Part shown: positions 1 to 9,630 of the stretch, piece by piece
Layout: each line of letters starts with the position of its first letter
Position numbering within the stretch: position 1 is the first letter of the stretch
Virus record (IMG/VR): IMGVR_UViG_3300033066_001842
Length of the DNA stretch: 64,000 bases
DNA from: a virus
Direction: 5' to 3' (one strand)
Made by a program: the position numbers and the translations under genes
Notes under the pieces: generated by a model
What the model saw: the letters and a program-made list of their open reading frames with translations, nothing else
What the model was told of the DNA's origin: nothing
Databases searched by the model: none

Positions 1-109
1 TATTATTAAATTAGCCACAAACGCCTGAGGAAGGAAGGGGAGAAACTTAATCCCTAATGAGAAATAACAGGGCTCCTCTTCCTTTCAAAGGTACAGGTGA
101 ATTTTTTAA

Positions 110-185
110 GCGATTATGGTATTAACGGTAGTATGCGGGTCTTCCAAACCTTGAGGTTTCAGTTCGAATCTGAATAGTCGCTCCA
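110..185 (+). tRNA. tRNA-Gly(UCC)
   Basis: 7-bp acceptor stem GCGATTA/TAGTCGC, T-arm TTCAG-TTCGAAT-CTGAA, anticodon loop CTTCCAA, CCA encoded; one C·U mismatch in the anticodon stem. Confidence 0.65.
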
Positions 186-186
186 T

Positions 187-261
187 GGGGGTATCGTCTA
201 ACGGTTAGGACGGATGTTTTTCAGGCATCCTATACGGGTTCGAATCCTGTTACCCCTACCA
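187..261 (+). tRNA. tRNA-Glu(UUC)
   Basis: acceptor GGGGGTA/TACCCCT, D-arm GTCT-AACGGTTA-GGAC, anticodon loop TTTTCAG, GGTTCGAATCC T-arm, CCA encoded. Confidence 0.65.
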
Positions 262-370
262 TTTTTTTAAAAGCTTGCAGTCATGAAGCAAGGCGGAAAT
301 TACTGGCATAGTAGGGGTAAACCGAAACCAGTTCAGTTTAAATACTCACATCCGCAACCCCAGATTTTTT

Positions 371-446
371 GTGTTGGTAGCTTAATTGGTAAAGTCCAGG
401 ATTGTGTCTCCTGAGTATGTGGGTTCGAAGCCTACCCAACACCCCA
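371..446 (+). tRNA. tRNA-His(GUG)
   Basis: acceptor GTGTTGG/CCAACAC, anticodon stem CAGGA/TCCTG with loop TTGTGTC, T-arm GTGGG-TTCGAAG-CCTAC, CCA encoded; no encoded G-1. Confidence 0.6.
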
Positions 447-452
447 AATTTT

Positions 453-803
453 ATGAAAAGACTATTATTTTCAGTAACAAAAGATGATTTTGTTATGCAA
501 ACATTTACGGTGGGTGGTAACGGTGGTGGTGGAAAAGATACATCTAATAGTGGTGTACGTCTAATCCATAAAGATTCCGGGGCAGTTGGTGAGGGGCGAG
601 AACATCGAACCAATACCCAAAATAAAAAATCAGCTTTCCTCAAGTTAGTTGAATCCCCCAAGTTTAAAGCATGGCACAAACTAGAAACAGCTAAACGTTT
701 AAATAAACCAGTAGTTGAATCTAAAGAAGAAGTGCAAAAAAGAGTAGATAAACAACTAGAAGAAGATTTACAAAAAGGTCTAGTTGTGGTAGAATATTAT
801 TAG
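453..803 (+). CDS. hypothetical protein (ORF 402..803 trimmed to the first ATG after tRNA-His)
   Basis: ORF track; the 5' end of the ORF as called overlaps tRNA-His, so the Met at 453 is the likely start; Gly-rich N-terminus, no motif recognised. Confidence 0.4.
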   Translation: MKRLLFSVTKDDFVMQTFTVGGNGGGGKDTSNSGVRLIHKDSGAVGEGREHRTNTQNKKSAFLKLVESPKFKAWHKLETAKRLNKPVVESKEEVQKRVDKQLEEDLQKGLVVVEYY

Positions 804-824
804 TAAGTGGGTTTGTAGTAGCAA

Positions 825-1250
825 TTGGGAAAACAGGGGTTTTGCAAACCTAAGTTGCCAGTTCAACTCTGGCCTTATCCACCAATATTTTTAGTGTTTA
901 AAGATAAAGAAAAAAGAAAAGCCTACGATACAAATTGGAATAATTTAAATAGGCAACGTAAAAGAGACATAAATAAGAAATGGAAAGCTAAACAGCAAGA
1001 AGCTTTCCAAAGTATTAAAAATTTGTATAAGTGTTATTTTTGTAGTGAAGCTAATTCAGTTTGTTTAGATTTTCATCATGTCAATCCGAAAACTAAAAAA
1101 TTTAATGTAGCTAAAATGTCTGGAAGTTTTAGTATGGAAAATCTACTTAACGAAATTTCAAAATGTGTTGTTCTCTGTGCCAACTGTCATAGAAAATTAC
1201 ATGCCAATCTTCTGCCTGATCCTTTCGATAATCCCACCCAAGGGATATAA
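825..1250 (+). CDS. HNH homing endonuclease
   Basis: CYFCSEANSVCLDFHHVNP...CANCHRKLH: HNH motif with paired Cys zinc knuckle; located inside the tRNA cluster. Confidence 0.7.
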   Translation: MGKQGFCKPKLPVQLWPYPPIFLVFKDKEKRKAYDTNWNNLNRQRKRDINKKWKAKQQEAFQSIKNLYKCYFCSEANSVCLDFHHVNPKTKKFNVAKMSGSFSMENLLNEISKCVVLCANCHRKLHANLLPDPFDNPTQGI

Positions 1251-1287
1251 TATTTTTGCGTTTTCACCCCACATTTTAATTTTTAAG

Positions 1288-1361
1288 CTCCCTTAGTTCA
1301 ATGGTAGAATGCGCCCTTTGTATGGCCGTGACGTGGGTTCGATTCCTACAGGTAGCCCCAT
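1288..1361 (+). tRNA. tRNA-Thr(UGU)
   Basis: acceptor GCTCCCT/AGGTAGC (one C·U mismatch), D-arm GTTC-AATGGTA-GAAT, anticodon loop TTTGTAT, T-arm GTGGG-TTCGATT-CCTAC, CCA encoded. Confidence 0.5.
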
Positions 1362-1375
1362 TTTGAAAGGTTTTT

Positions 1376-1594
1376 ATGAGTAGAACTTTACGAAGACGAT
1401 CCAATTGGTTTTGGGATAATGCCTTTAAAAAAGTCCACAGGGACAGAGGTGGTGTTAATCCTTATGGACCTAGTTTTTACAAACACTGGTTCACCAAGTC
1501 TAATAGATTAGATTGGAGAAAGTTGCTAAAAAATAAAGATTTTGATTTTGATGATTTTGTTGCCCCAATACGCGAATTAGGCTATTGGTGGTAA
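1376..1594 (+). CDS. hypothetical small protein
   Basis: 72-aa ORF between tRNA-Thr and tRNA-Pro; W-rich, no motif. Confidence 0.35.
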   Translation: MSRTLRRRSNWFWDNAFKKVHRDRGGVNPYGPSFYKHWFTKSNRLDWRKLLKNKDFDFDDFVAPIRELGYWW

Positions 1595-1597
1595 TTT

Positions 1598-1671
1598 CGA
1601 GGTAAGGTGTTATGGCCGCACTCCAGTTTTGGGAACTGGAAGTCTAGGTTCGATTCCTAGTACCCCGACCA
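1598..1671 (+). tRNA. tRNA-Pro(UGG)
   Basis: acceptor CGAGGTA/TACCCCG (A3·C70 mismatch), perfect anticodon stem CCAGT/ACTGG with loop TTTGGGA, T-arm CTAGG-TTCGATT-CCTAG, CCA encoded. Confidence 0.65.
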
Positions 1672-1679
1672 TTTTTTTT

Positions 1680-1753
1680 GGTGATGTATCATAATGTAAT
1701 GAGCCACGCTGTCTACGTGTACTATGAGGGTTCAAGTCCCTTCATCATCGCCA
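1680..1753 (+). tRNA. tRNA-Asp(GUC)
   Basis: acceptor GGTGATG/CATCATC (one G·U), D-arm TCAT-AATGTA-ATGA, anticodon loop CTGTCTA, T-arm GAGGG-TTCAAGT-CCCTT, CCA encoded. Confidence 0.55.
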
Positions 1754-1830
1754 CTCCCTTGTAGCTTAACTGGCAAAGCATTCCGCTGTTAACGGAAAGG
1801 ATATAGGTTCGAATCCTATCAACGGAGCCA
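1754..1830 (+). tRNA. tRNA-Asn(GUU)
   Basis: acceptor TCCCTTG/CAACGGA (one mismatch), anticodon stem TTCCG/CGGAA with loop CTGTTAA, T-arm ATAGG-TTCGAAT-CCTAT, CCA encoded; abuts the previous tRNA. Confidence 0.65.
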
Positions 1831-1881
1831 TTTTAAAACCTCTAATATCTGTTAAAATAGGTATTAGAGGTTTTTTTATTT

Positions 1882-2526
1882 ATGCCAATGAAAACGATTT
1901 CCCTTAAAAACATGCTTCCTCATGGAGTAGTTGTTTATCCCAACCAAGCCGAATGGATTAGATTACAAGCAGTTATCCCACCTGTAGACGATACAAAACC
2001 CCGCAAAATCTGGCAAGATTCCACAGCATATTATGTGGATATTTTCAATCCAGGGGCGGGAGATGCTAAAGAGTATTGGATTCTTATGCCAGAACTGTTA
2101 CCCCTTGACCATGTAGACGTGAAAAACTTCTACCTCGAAACAAACAGTTGGAGAGCTTATCAAACAATGATTGAACATTCCTACGCCTTTGTTGGGGGAG
2201 TTCCCTATTGCAAAAAAGTAACTCTGGATAGTATTACCGCAATTAACGCAAACTTCACCCTCAACAATCCCCAAGAAATTACACCACCTGTATATATGGG
2301 AATTGCTAATATGCCCCTTATCCTGTTACCACCCAAATTTACAGGTGAAGTATGCGGAGTAACCTACCAAGAGTTTCTACAAAATCTTCCAAAGGTAGAC
2401 GGGGATGAAGCGGTTCTATCAAAGATTGATACCGTGATGAAAAACACTATGTTCACCCCCAAGCAAAAAGTGGATGCTATCCGTTATTTGGTAACATCCA
2501 CAGTAATTAAGCAGCCCTTAATCTAA
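1882..2526 (+). CDS. hypothetical protein
   Basis: 214-aa ORF preceded by a hairpin plus T-run; no motif recognised. Confidence 0.45.
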   Translation: MPMKTISLKNMLPHGVVVYPNQAEWIRLQAVIPPVDDTKPRKIWQDSTAYYVDIFNPGAGDAKEYWILMPELLPLDHVDVKNFYLETNSWRAYQTMIEHSYAFVGGVPYCKKVTLDSITAINANFTLNNPQEITPPVYMGIANMPLILLPPKFTGEVCGVTYQEFLQNLPKVDGDEAVLSKIDTVMKNTMFTPKQKVDAIRYLVTSTVIKQPLI

Positions 2527-3187
2527 CCAACTCTTCGTATCTATCTAGAAACATTTGTTTAGATTCATCTGGATAAGCAAAGCTTTTAAATCCAGGGTGT
2601 TTCTTTCGAATATGTTCTGGAATTTCTTTGAAACCAAACAATGCCTCAAGTGGTACTTTTTCCCCGCCAGTTAAAGTTATCATTTGGGGCATTAATCTTT
2701 CTGCCTCAATTTGCAAACAGTAACTATCGGCTTCATGTACTGCGGGTGGCAGAGGATATACAGTATTAAAAGCCGCTGCACTCGCTAACATAATACCCTT
2801 TTCCAAAGTTGTGTAACCATACAATTCGTACATCCGTTTAATGGGACGTGCGATATCATTCAAATAAGCTTCAGAAGCATCATGTAACAGACCCTCTAAA
2901 GCGTACTCTTCAGGACACAAATAGCTAACCGCTATAGAGTGTTCGGTCACGCTATAGAAATAGTTACTGTGTCCTGTCCATCTACAAAGCAGCGATAAAG
3001 CATGAGCTATATCAACAATGTTAAAATCTTGTGGTCTTGGGTGTCCAGGATAAAATTGTTTTCCTGAATGTGTAATGATAAAATTGTCCTTAGAACAGTG
3101 GTACTTGTTCTTCGGGATCTTTTGGCTTTCCCTTAAAGGGCTTTTTATAAGCTTCTGTTCTAGGGTATTTAACTCGTAAATCTCCAT
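2507..3187 (-). CDS. HD-domain phosphohydrolase
   Basis: HSIAVSYL...LLHDASEAYLNDI: H...HD...D metal-binding pattern of the HD superfamily, comparable to YfbR-type 5'-nucleotidases. Confidence 0.5.
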   Translation of the reverse strand: MEIYELNTLEQKLIKSPLRESQKIPKNKYHCSKDNFIITHSGKQFYPGHPRPQDFNIVDIAHALSLLCRWTGHSNYFYSVTEHSIAVSYLCPEEYALEGLLHDASEAYLNDIARPIKRMYELYGYTTLEKGIMLASAAAFNTVYPLPPAVHEADSYCLQIEAERLMPQMITLTGGEKVPLEALFGFKEIPEHIRKKHPGFKSFAYPDESKQMFLDRYEELVRLRAA

Positions 3188-4013
3188 CGTTCCAATCCTT
3201 GTATTGTTTCTTGTTTACTTCCAACTCATATTCATTGGGTTCGCCGCCGTGTCTTAAGTAATAGCGAGTTCTAACTTTCCACCATGGCCAAGGTTTCTTA
3301 CTATTGAAAAAACGATGTACCATAATGATCGTATCGGGATCACTAAAGAATCTACTTGAACCTCTGGCATTGTGTACGTCCAAAGGATCATAACCTTCAG
3401 CATACTCTAGGTTTGGGGGTTTTCTAATATGGTGGGAAAAGATAATCGCCATATTAGTATCACTATTAATTTTTTGAAATTCAGCAAATACATTGAAGAT
3501 TTTTCCCATAGCTGTATTATTACTTTCTTCTTGGCTATGAAATTTTCCAATAGGATCAATAATCAAAATATTGGGTTTAACCTCTTCAATTACTTTTGCA
3601 AATAAATCTATACCTTCGTCTGTATCCAATTTGAGCTTTGGATTTTTTGAAACATAGAATAAATTCTTTTCTTTATACTCCTGTTTTACGCCGTCTAAAA
3701 TACGAAGCCCCCTATCTTGGAGGCTTAATTCGCCAACTTCCGCTTCTGCATACAATACCTTTACGGGCTTGGGTATTTTGAAATCCTTAATATTGAATAG
3801 GGTTTCCCCTGTAGCTAGGGCTCTAGCTGCATTGATACAAATAAAGGATTTACCAACTTTTGAATCTCCGTAGATACCAACAATTCCCCCTTGTGGAATA
3901 ATTGCAGGTTCTACATAAGATGCAACATCTTCAAACACCTTATCGGCTAGATGTTGGAAAGATTCAGCTTTTATTGTAGGTTCTTCGGAAGGTTTCTTAT
4001 TAAATACAGACAA
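3090..4013 (-). CDS. RecA-superfamily P-loop ATPase (DnaB C-terminal/RadA-like)
   Basis: Walker A GIYGDSKVGKSF and Walker B ILIIDPIGKF; 307 aa; the called ORF overlaps the 3' end of the neighbouring gene, so the true start may be internal. Confidence 0.45.
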   Translation of the reverse strand: MSVFNKKPSEEPTIKAESFQHLADKVFEDVASYVEPAIIPQGGIVGIYGDSKVGKSFICINAARALATGETLFNIKDFKIPKPVKVLYAEAEVGELSLQDRGLRILDGVKQEYKEKNLFYVSKNPKLKLDTDEGIDLFAKVIEEVKPNILIIDPIGKFHSQEESNNTAMGKIFNVFAEFQKINSDTNMAIIFSHHIRKPPNLEYAEGYDPLDVHNARGSSRFFSDPDTIIMVHRFFNSKKPWPWWKVRTRYYLRHGGEPNEYELEVNKKQYKDWNDGDLRVKYPRTEAYKKPFKGKPKDPEEQVPLF

Positions 4014-4030
4014 GAATCCTCCAAATCAAA

Positions 4031-4477
4031 TTAATTTCCAGTAATAAGGTTTCTCAAAATCCCAATGCGGGAGGGTTTAGGATCTGGAGCTACATAAGTG
4101 TTAGGTTCGAAAGCGGCTGTTTCTTCCTCAATCTTAATAAGTTCTGGCATAGTAACAGCTTCTAACCTCTCCAACTCGCAAGCTGTGGCTACAAACCAAC
4201 CAACTTTTGCTAGATCATCCTCTGGTACACCATCTTTAATTTCCCCAATGTATTCATCAAATTCCAGTTGGTGAATATATATCTTAAGGTGTTTCAAAGC
4301 ATGGTTGGCTCTTTCCAATTGGTACTCTTTATTATTAATACCCTTGCGCCAATTGTTGCGATCATACTTAACCTCACCCTCTCGGAAAATTTTTCCAATA
4401 CGCTTTTCAGCTTCTAGCGGAATCTGTGTTAAATCAAAGTTTTCAATATCAGTTTTAACTGCCATACATTTTACCAT
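4031..4477 (-). CDS. hypothetical protein
   Basis: 148-aa ORF in the minus-strand block. Confidence 0.4.
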   Translation of the reverse strand: MVKCMAVKTDIENFDLTQIPLEAEKRIGKIFREGEVKYDRNNWRKGINNKEYQLERANHALKHLKIYIHQLEFDEYIGEIKDGVPEDDLAKVGWFVATACELERLEAVTMPELIKIEEETAAFEPNTYVAPDPKPSRIGILRNLITGN

Positions 4478-5282
4478 CTACAACAAACTTACCATTATTA
4501 ATAATCACAACATAATCGTTAAAATTTCCATTTGGATAAACATACCCATAATTGAAACCATTAACAATTCTTGTCGGCTTATTTTTCAAAAATGTGGGAT
4601 TCAAATTACTTAAGCAAGGAATCGTAACACCTGTATGATAATCGGATGAGTCAAGACGGTTAATATCCGTATACGCATAATACGTATGAATGTGTCCAGC
4701 CCTAATCGATACCCTAGTTTGGTCAACCAAATATTTGGCAGGATTAACAACAGTATTTCGTCCATTTAATATAACATCCCCATGTACAAAATGAAGTTTC
4801 CCAAGCTTGAAAAACTCCCCTTGTTCATAAATTTTCCAGCCGACATCTCTTAAACTAAAATATGTTTCGGGTTCTAACATCCCTTGAAGTTGTGGGTGTT
4901 TCTCAACAAATTGATCTATCCAAACTTCATGATTACCTTTGAGCCAAACAAGTTCAGTACTAGAACTTTCTTGCAAAGGTACTAAGACATTATGATAAAA
5001 CCCATCCAACTCAGTCTTTAGTCTAAGCTTCTCTCTATATAGTGGTTTATCAGCATTCCAGTGTGAAATGCAACCGCAGTCCAATTGATCGCCACCTAAA
5101 ATAATAGTATCAGGTTCAAAGTCTTCAATAAACTCTAAAGCACTATTTAAAGCTTTTACATTGTGTGTTGTACAGAGTGTATCTTTCCCACCCTTTTTTC
5201 GCCATTCATGCCCATAGTGTATATCATATAAAGCTACAAATTTTTTCACTTCAGTACAATCTCCTGTTGGCAATGGGGACAA
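4455..5282 (-). CDS. calcineurin-like metallophosphoesterase
   Basis: ordered motifs DIHYGH, GGDQLD, GNHEVW, HFVHGD and GHIHT. Confidence 0.65.
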   Translation of the reverse strand: MSPLPTGDCTEVKKFVALYDIHYGHEWRKKGGKDTLCTTHNVKALNSALEFIEDFEPDTIILGGDQLDCGCISHWNADKPLYREKLRLKTELDGFYHNVLVPLQESSSTELVWLKGNHEVWIDQFVEKHPQLQGMLEPETYFSLRDVGWKIYEQGEFFKLGKLHFVHGDVILNGRNTVVNPAKYLVDQTRVSIRAGHIHTYYAYTDINRLDSSDYHTGVTIPCLSNLNPTFLKNKPTRIVNGFNYGYVYPNGNFNDYVVIINNGKFVVDGKMYGS

Positions 5283-5644
5283 TCTAGAATAAGTGGCGGA
5301 AGTTCGGAGCTACCCTGTAACAATTGGTCGGCTTGACCACTTGCAGGATATTTCCCACCCTTCAGTACGTCTTTCACATGTATATAGAAAGCCGCACACA
5401 CCAAAGCAAAAACAGCTTCCTCTGGTTGGATAATACCGTTGTCGATAAAATCCACGTAGGGAGCCATCATATCTTTGCTCATAGTTTGCAAACGTCTTGC
5501 GGCCAAAGCTACAAGCGGTTTGGGGAAAGAAGCTGGATTCCCACTCTTAATAACAGCATTATTTAGGGTGTCCCCAATATCCTTCTTACTATATTTCGGG
5601 ATTTGTAAGGCTTTATCAGCCTTGATCTTGTCTAATTTCTTCAT
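5246..5644 (-). CDS. hypothetical protein
   Basis: 132-aa ORF, same-strand block. Confidence 0.4.
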   Translation of the reverse strand: MKKLDKIKADKALQIPKYSKKDIGDTLNNAVIKSGNPASFPKPLVALAARRLQTMSKDMMAPYVDFIDNGIIQPEEAVFALVCAAFYIHVKDVLKGGKYPASGQADQLLQGSSELPPLILDCPHCQQEIVLK

Positions 5645-5987
5645 CTAGTAAACCTAATACATCCTTACTATACATATGGTCACGCCCATAGTATTGCAAT
5701 CCAATCCTCATACTAGCCAAGTTCAGCATCCCCAACATATTAAGTAGAAATTGTTCCTCAATATCTCTCTCGTGTTCCTCGTCCGTAGTGAGTCTAATCA
5801 TTGACCAATATTCATCATTAAACTCTTTCTCCAAAGTCTCCCAATTATCTTCTACAAATTTCTCAAGTTGGCCAATGTGGCGCGACACTACATAGGCTAG
5901 ATGCGCCGTAAAATCTTGTTTTGTTGGTTTATTCATCTTTTTTTCCAGTATACGTTGATAGAAACTCTTGTAGAATGAAGTCCTCAT
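5616..5987 (-). CDS. hypothetical protein
   Basis: 123-aa ORF. Confidence 0.4.
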   Translation of the reverse strand: MRTSFYKSFYQRILEKKMNKPTKQDFTAHLAYVVSRHIGQLEKFVEDNWETLEKEFNDEYWSMIRLTTDEEHERDIEEQFLLNMLGMLNLASMRIGLQYYGRDHMYSKDVLGLLDEEIRQDQG

Positions 5988-6201
5988 AATGAGAAATTAC
6001 CTTTGAAGCTGCTACTTCCCAAGCTTCTCGTATTTCAATCCTTAAATCTTCCCAACGTGGTAAATTTTCACCAGTAACTAGGGATTTATTGCCAGTATAA
6101 GAACAATATCCCTCATAGGCAAATCTTCCCAAATCGGCGGCTTTAGTTTCAGGCTTAGGGGTTTCGTCATTTTCCATAGATTTTGTTGGTGTAATCATCA
6201 A
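5929..6201 (-). CDS. hypothetical protein
   Basis: 90-aa ORF. Confidence 0.35.
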   Translation of the reverse strand: MMITPTKSMENDETPKPETKAADLGRFAYEGYCSYTGNKSLVTGENLPRWEDLRIEIREAWEVAASKVISHYEDFILQEFLSTYTGKKDE

Positions 6202-6523
6202 TTGCTTTCCTTTCTCTTAGCAACATCCCATATTCGGTAATCAAACAAGTCAACTTTCCGTTCTCCTCTTCAAATGAAATAGACCCATCTACTAGAGGGG
6301 CCGCAACAGGCAAAGGTGTCAACGTATTCAAATCTTTTAAATACATGATCGCCCTATATATCGCCTGTTTAGTAGGGGCTTTAGCTTTCTTCCCATCCCA
6401 TCCAGGACCAAGAAATCCATACGCCATTACCTCCATTAACCTATCATTCAAACTCAATTTCCACATCAGCAATTCAGCCGACTTAGTATTTAAAGTAATT
6501 CCATCAATATCTTCAGTTGTCAT
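6167..6523 (-). CDS. hypothetical protein
   Basis: 118-aa ORF. Confidence 0.4.
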   Translation of the reverse strand: MTTEDIDGITLNTKSAELLMWKLSLNDRLMEVMAYGFLGPGWDGKKAKAPTKQAIYRAIMYLKDLNTLTPLPVAAPLVDGSISFEEENGKLTCLITEYGMLLRERKAIDDYTNKIYGK

Positions 6524-6798
6524 TTACTCTTCCCTAAAACTGGATGCTCCACAATTTCCACAACTATAATTCTCATTTAAATCTCTAGCTGTTTCACAAT
6601 ATATACAATATACAGTTTTCTTTTTTTGGTTTCGTATCCATCTTTAATTTCGCAATAAGATGTTTATCATGAGGGCTCAACCCCGATGGACAGTAAGCGC
6701 TATAGCTAACAACACTACTCGTATAATGAGAACGTCTGTGAGTACTTTTATCGTAGTCATCATCATCCCAATCTCCAGGACCTCCACAGCTTGCCATA

Positions 6799-9630
6799 TT
6801 ATTTAATCCTCTTGATTTGAGCCCAGTTGGCTCCTCTATACATTTTCACAGGACACCAAAATCCTTTAATCCTCTTATCCTCTTGTTCCATAACCGAAAG
6901 AAACTCTATACATTGTTCGTCTGTCCAAACCTTTGGCTTCTCAAATACCAACTCATCGTGGACTTGCAAAAGTGGAACACCATCCATACCATACCTATCA
7001 AAGAAATTAATCATATCCCCTTGAACGTGATCGGCTGAAGTTCCTTGCCCCAAGAATGAAAACGCTTGTTTTGCACATTCCAAAGGCTCATCTTGCAATC
7101 TAATAAATCTACCAGTAGCAGCCTTTAGAATACCAGTTTTTTCAATCTCTTGCAATACCCTCTGTTGCCATTCCCGAATAATCTTAAACTTTCCAAAGTA
7201 TTTCCCTTCCAACAAATCATTAGCTTTGGCACGAGCCTCTAATGACGTATCTTTAAAAATACGTTGGGCCAAATTTACACCAGAAAAAGCAATAATTCCG
7301 CCAGCGTATTCCCAATCATAGTAGGGTACAATCGCCCCCATCTTAATTGCCGCTTTAATCTTGGGTTTAGCTAAGTCCTCTTCTCTCAATAAGATAATAC
7401 CTTCCCCATAATTGCTACCATGGGCCACAGATTTAGCTACCGCTCTCTCCGTTTTGCCCAACATCTTAGCGGCGTCTTTGAATGCCCCATCAGAAACGTT
7501 TACAATCCATTGGAAAGCATCTTTTTCAATCTTGTATGTATCAAATCCGGCATACCACATACAATTATGAGAATAAAAACCATTAGATATATAAGTTTTA
7601 GACGTAGTAGTAATGCAAACTAATGGTTGTGGATTATCATATTCTATAACATTTAATACAGTAGCTCGCCCCTCACCATTTTTACCCCAAGTTCTCTTAC
7701 CATTCCATATTTTTTTAGATTTTTGTAAAAGTCTCTCTGGCCTTTTTTCTCCTAAAAAACGCAAACTATTCCAGATACCTGTTAATTGTATTGTTTTATG
7801 TGTTTTTCTGTATTGAGGTTGTTTCTTTTTTATTGAAATAGAAAAATTAAAACAATCTTTATAAAGAAGTTTTTCTACTTTATCAAAAATAGGTCCATCA
7901 GCTTGCCCAAATTGCACTCCACCAGAAGAAACGCTACCTTCACCATCAAAAATACCAGCAATATACCCATCATTAAATTGTGTTTTTGTAGTCCAAGGTT
8001 CAGCAGTAAATGGTAAAATATCACCAGTTACAATATCTTTCATTTCTACCCAAACCCTAGATAAATAACCTTTTTTTGACTTACGCAAAACAACTACTAA
8101 ATGGTCATCAGCGGCAGTTAGACTACCTCTATTGGTTTCAATAGTAAAAGTTTTTTTTCTTAAGAACTGAAGGTCAGTAATAGAACTTTCTTTAAATCTA
8201 GTACCTCTATTTCCTTGATCTTGGTTTTCATCAAATCCAATCAATTTATCATCTACAAATAAATCTTTAGCATAAATCCAAGTTAAATCTTCTTTCAATA
8301 TTTTTGTGTAGGGATCTACGCACATACGGAATTCCAAATTGGACTTATCAGCTTTAATCAAACATTGGTCATCCCTTTTTGGAATAATAGCAACCCTGGC
8401 TTGAGCAAAGGGGGATTGTTCCTCTTGTGGTGTATCCTCATCATATCCAGGAATATTTTGGAAATTAGGATCTTTAGAACTAAAACGCCCAGTACTTGTA
8501 CCAATAACAATAAATCGCGGATGCATTAAACCGTCATCCCCGAAAAATTTATCGTCAAACCAACTCTTAAAGCCTTTACCCGCACCCTTGTATTGGTACG
8601 CTTTTATCAACAATTGATAGGGTAATGGGTGACTGTCAATTCCCTGTACAAATTCGGTGAGCCCAACATCATTATTATCGGCTAACTCTGTTAGGGCTTT
8701 TTCAATAGCTTCTGCATTAAATTTATCAAGAAAGATCTTGTGCTTTTTGAAATAGTTAACAGCAGCAGCAGGAGCATTAGGATTAAAATGTTCATATTTC
8801 TTAGTTTTTCCGCTCTGTGTATAGGGGAAAAGCTTTTCTTTTTCGTCATCGCTAATCTTATCCAATCTGGCAATTAGATCACGATCTACGCGAACTCCAC
8901 CCTTTTGCATCAAATGAGCAATATAGGAAACCTTCAAAAGATCCCGATAGAATTGATAGGGAACACCCTTCTCTTCCATCTCTTTCAGCATTTCTATAAA
9001 GCCCTCGCGTGCCACATAACTATCCATGGCATTGTAACCAAAGACTTTATGGCTTGGACAGGGGCCAGTACATGTGACGCCACGACACATTTTAAACTGA
9101 GGCAACCCACAATAGAATGTGTTCATTGTCCACAAATTAAGGAATCCTAAGCTTCCTTTTTCTCCACCAACCTTTCCCCCGCTACTCTGTTTCACCAAAT
9201 CCTGATTCAACAAAAAGTGGGTAATCATCCCATCTTCAAAGCAATCTAGGGAAATCTCTCGCCCAAGTACTTTCTCAATAACTTCTTTTTCAGCCCCAAT
9301 AACAGAATAGCCAACCAATCTAGTCATACCTAATTCCGCCACCTGTACAATAAAGTCTACAACTTCTTTACTGTAAGGGGCGGAGGCAGCTAAATTATGG
9401 TTGGCTAAACCTGTAATGGTTGGCTTATTAGTTTTGGGATCGAACTCAAAATCTATTCCCGTAAACTCAGAGGGATTCTCTAAAATTTCACGCAAATATT
9501 TATTCCCTTCGGCATACTTTGGCCAAAAGGATTTTCCATCAAGTGATTTCGAGTTCTCAATACTTGTGAAAAGATTTAACTGTACTTCACGATTCCCGTA
9601 AAGGTCTATCTCTTCGAATCTCTTTGACAT
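6799..9630 (-). CDS. family A DNA polymerase (Pol I-like) interrupted by an intein
   Basis: Pol A motif A DKSNLEFRM (cf. DYSQIELRI), motif B RAVAKSVAHGSNYGEG, motif C LQVHDELVF; the 943-aa length is inflated by a ~253-aa insert. Confidence 0.75.
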   Translation of the reverse strand: MSKRFEEIDLYGNREVQLNLFTSIENSKSLDGKSFWPKYAEGNKYLREILENPSEFTGIDFEFDPKTNKPTITGLANHNLAASAPYSKEVVDFIVQVAELGMTRLVGYSVIGAEKEVIEKVLGREISLDCFEDGMITHFLLNQDLVKQSSGGKVGGEKGSLGFLNLWTMNTFYCGLPQFKMCRGVTCTGPCPSHKVFGYNAMDSYVAREGFIEMLKEMEEKGVPYQFYRDLLKVSYIAHLMQKGGVRVDRDLIARLDKISDDEKEKLFPYTQSGKTKKYEHFNPNAPAAAVNYFKKHKIFLDKFNAEAIEKALTELADNNDVGLTEFVQGIDSHPLPYQLLIKAYQYKGAGKGFKSWFDDKFFGDDGLMHPRFIVIGTSTGRFSSKDPNFQNIPGYDEDTPQEEQSPFAQARVAIIPKRDDQCLIKADKSNLEFRMCVDPYTKILKEDLTWIYAKDLFVDDKLIGFDENQDQGNRGTRFKESSITDLQFLRKKTFTIETNRGSLTAADDHLVVVLRKSKKGYLSRVWVEMKDIVTGDILPFTAEPWTTKTQFNDGYIAGIFDGEGSVSSGGVQFGQADGPIFDKVEKLLYKDCFNFSISIKKKQPQYRKTHKTIQLTGIWNSLRFLGEKRPERLLQKSKKIWNGKRTWGKNGEGRATVLNVIEYDNPQPLVCITTTSKTYISNGFYSHNCMWYAGFDTYKIEKDAFQWIVNVSDGAFKDAAKMLGKTERAVAKSVAHGSNYGEGIILLREEDLAKPKIKAAIKMGAIVPYYDWEYAGGIIAFSGVNLAQRIFKDTSLEARAKANDLLEGKYFGKFKIIREWQQRVLQEIEKTGILKAATGRFIRLQDEPLECAKQAFSFLGQGTSADHVQGDMINFFDRYGMDGVPLLQVHDELVFEKPKVWTDEQCIEFLSVMEQEDKRIKGFWCPVKMYRGANWAQIKRIK
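7564..8322 (-). mobile_element. intein with LAGLIDADG homing endonuclease inside the DNA polymerase
   Basis: the insert starts at Cys (LEFRM|CVDPYTKI) right after Pol motif A and ends SHN|C (codons checked on the DNA: TAT TCT CAT AAT TGT); internal GYIAGIFDGEGSV LAGLIDADG-type motif. Confidence 0.65.

Noticed and set aside
338-679. 113-aa minus-strand ORF
   Set aside because: Lies antisense across tRNA-His and the tRNA-Glu 3' flank. Proline-rich shadow ORF of the tRNA region.
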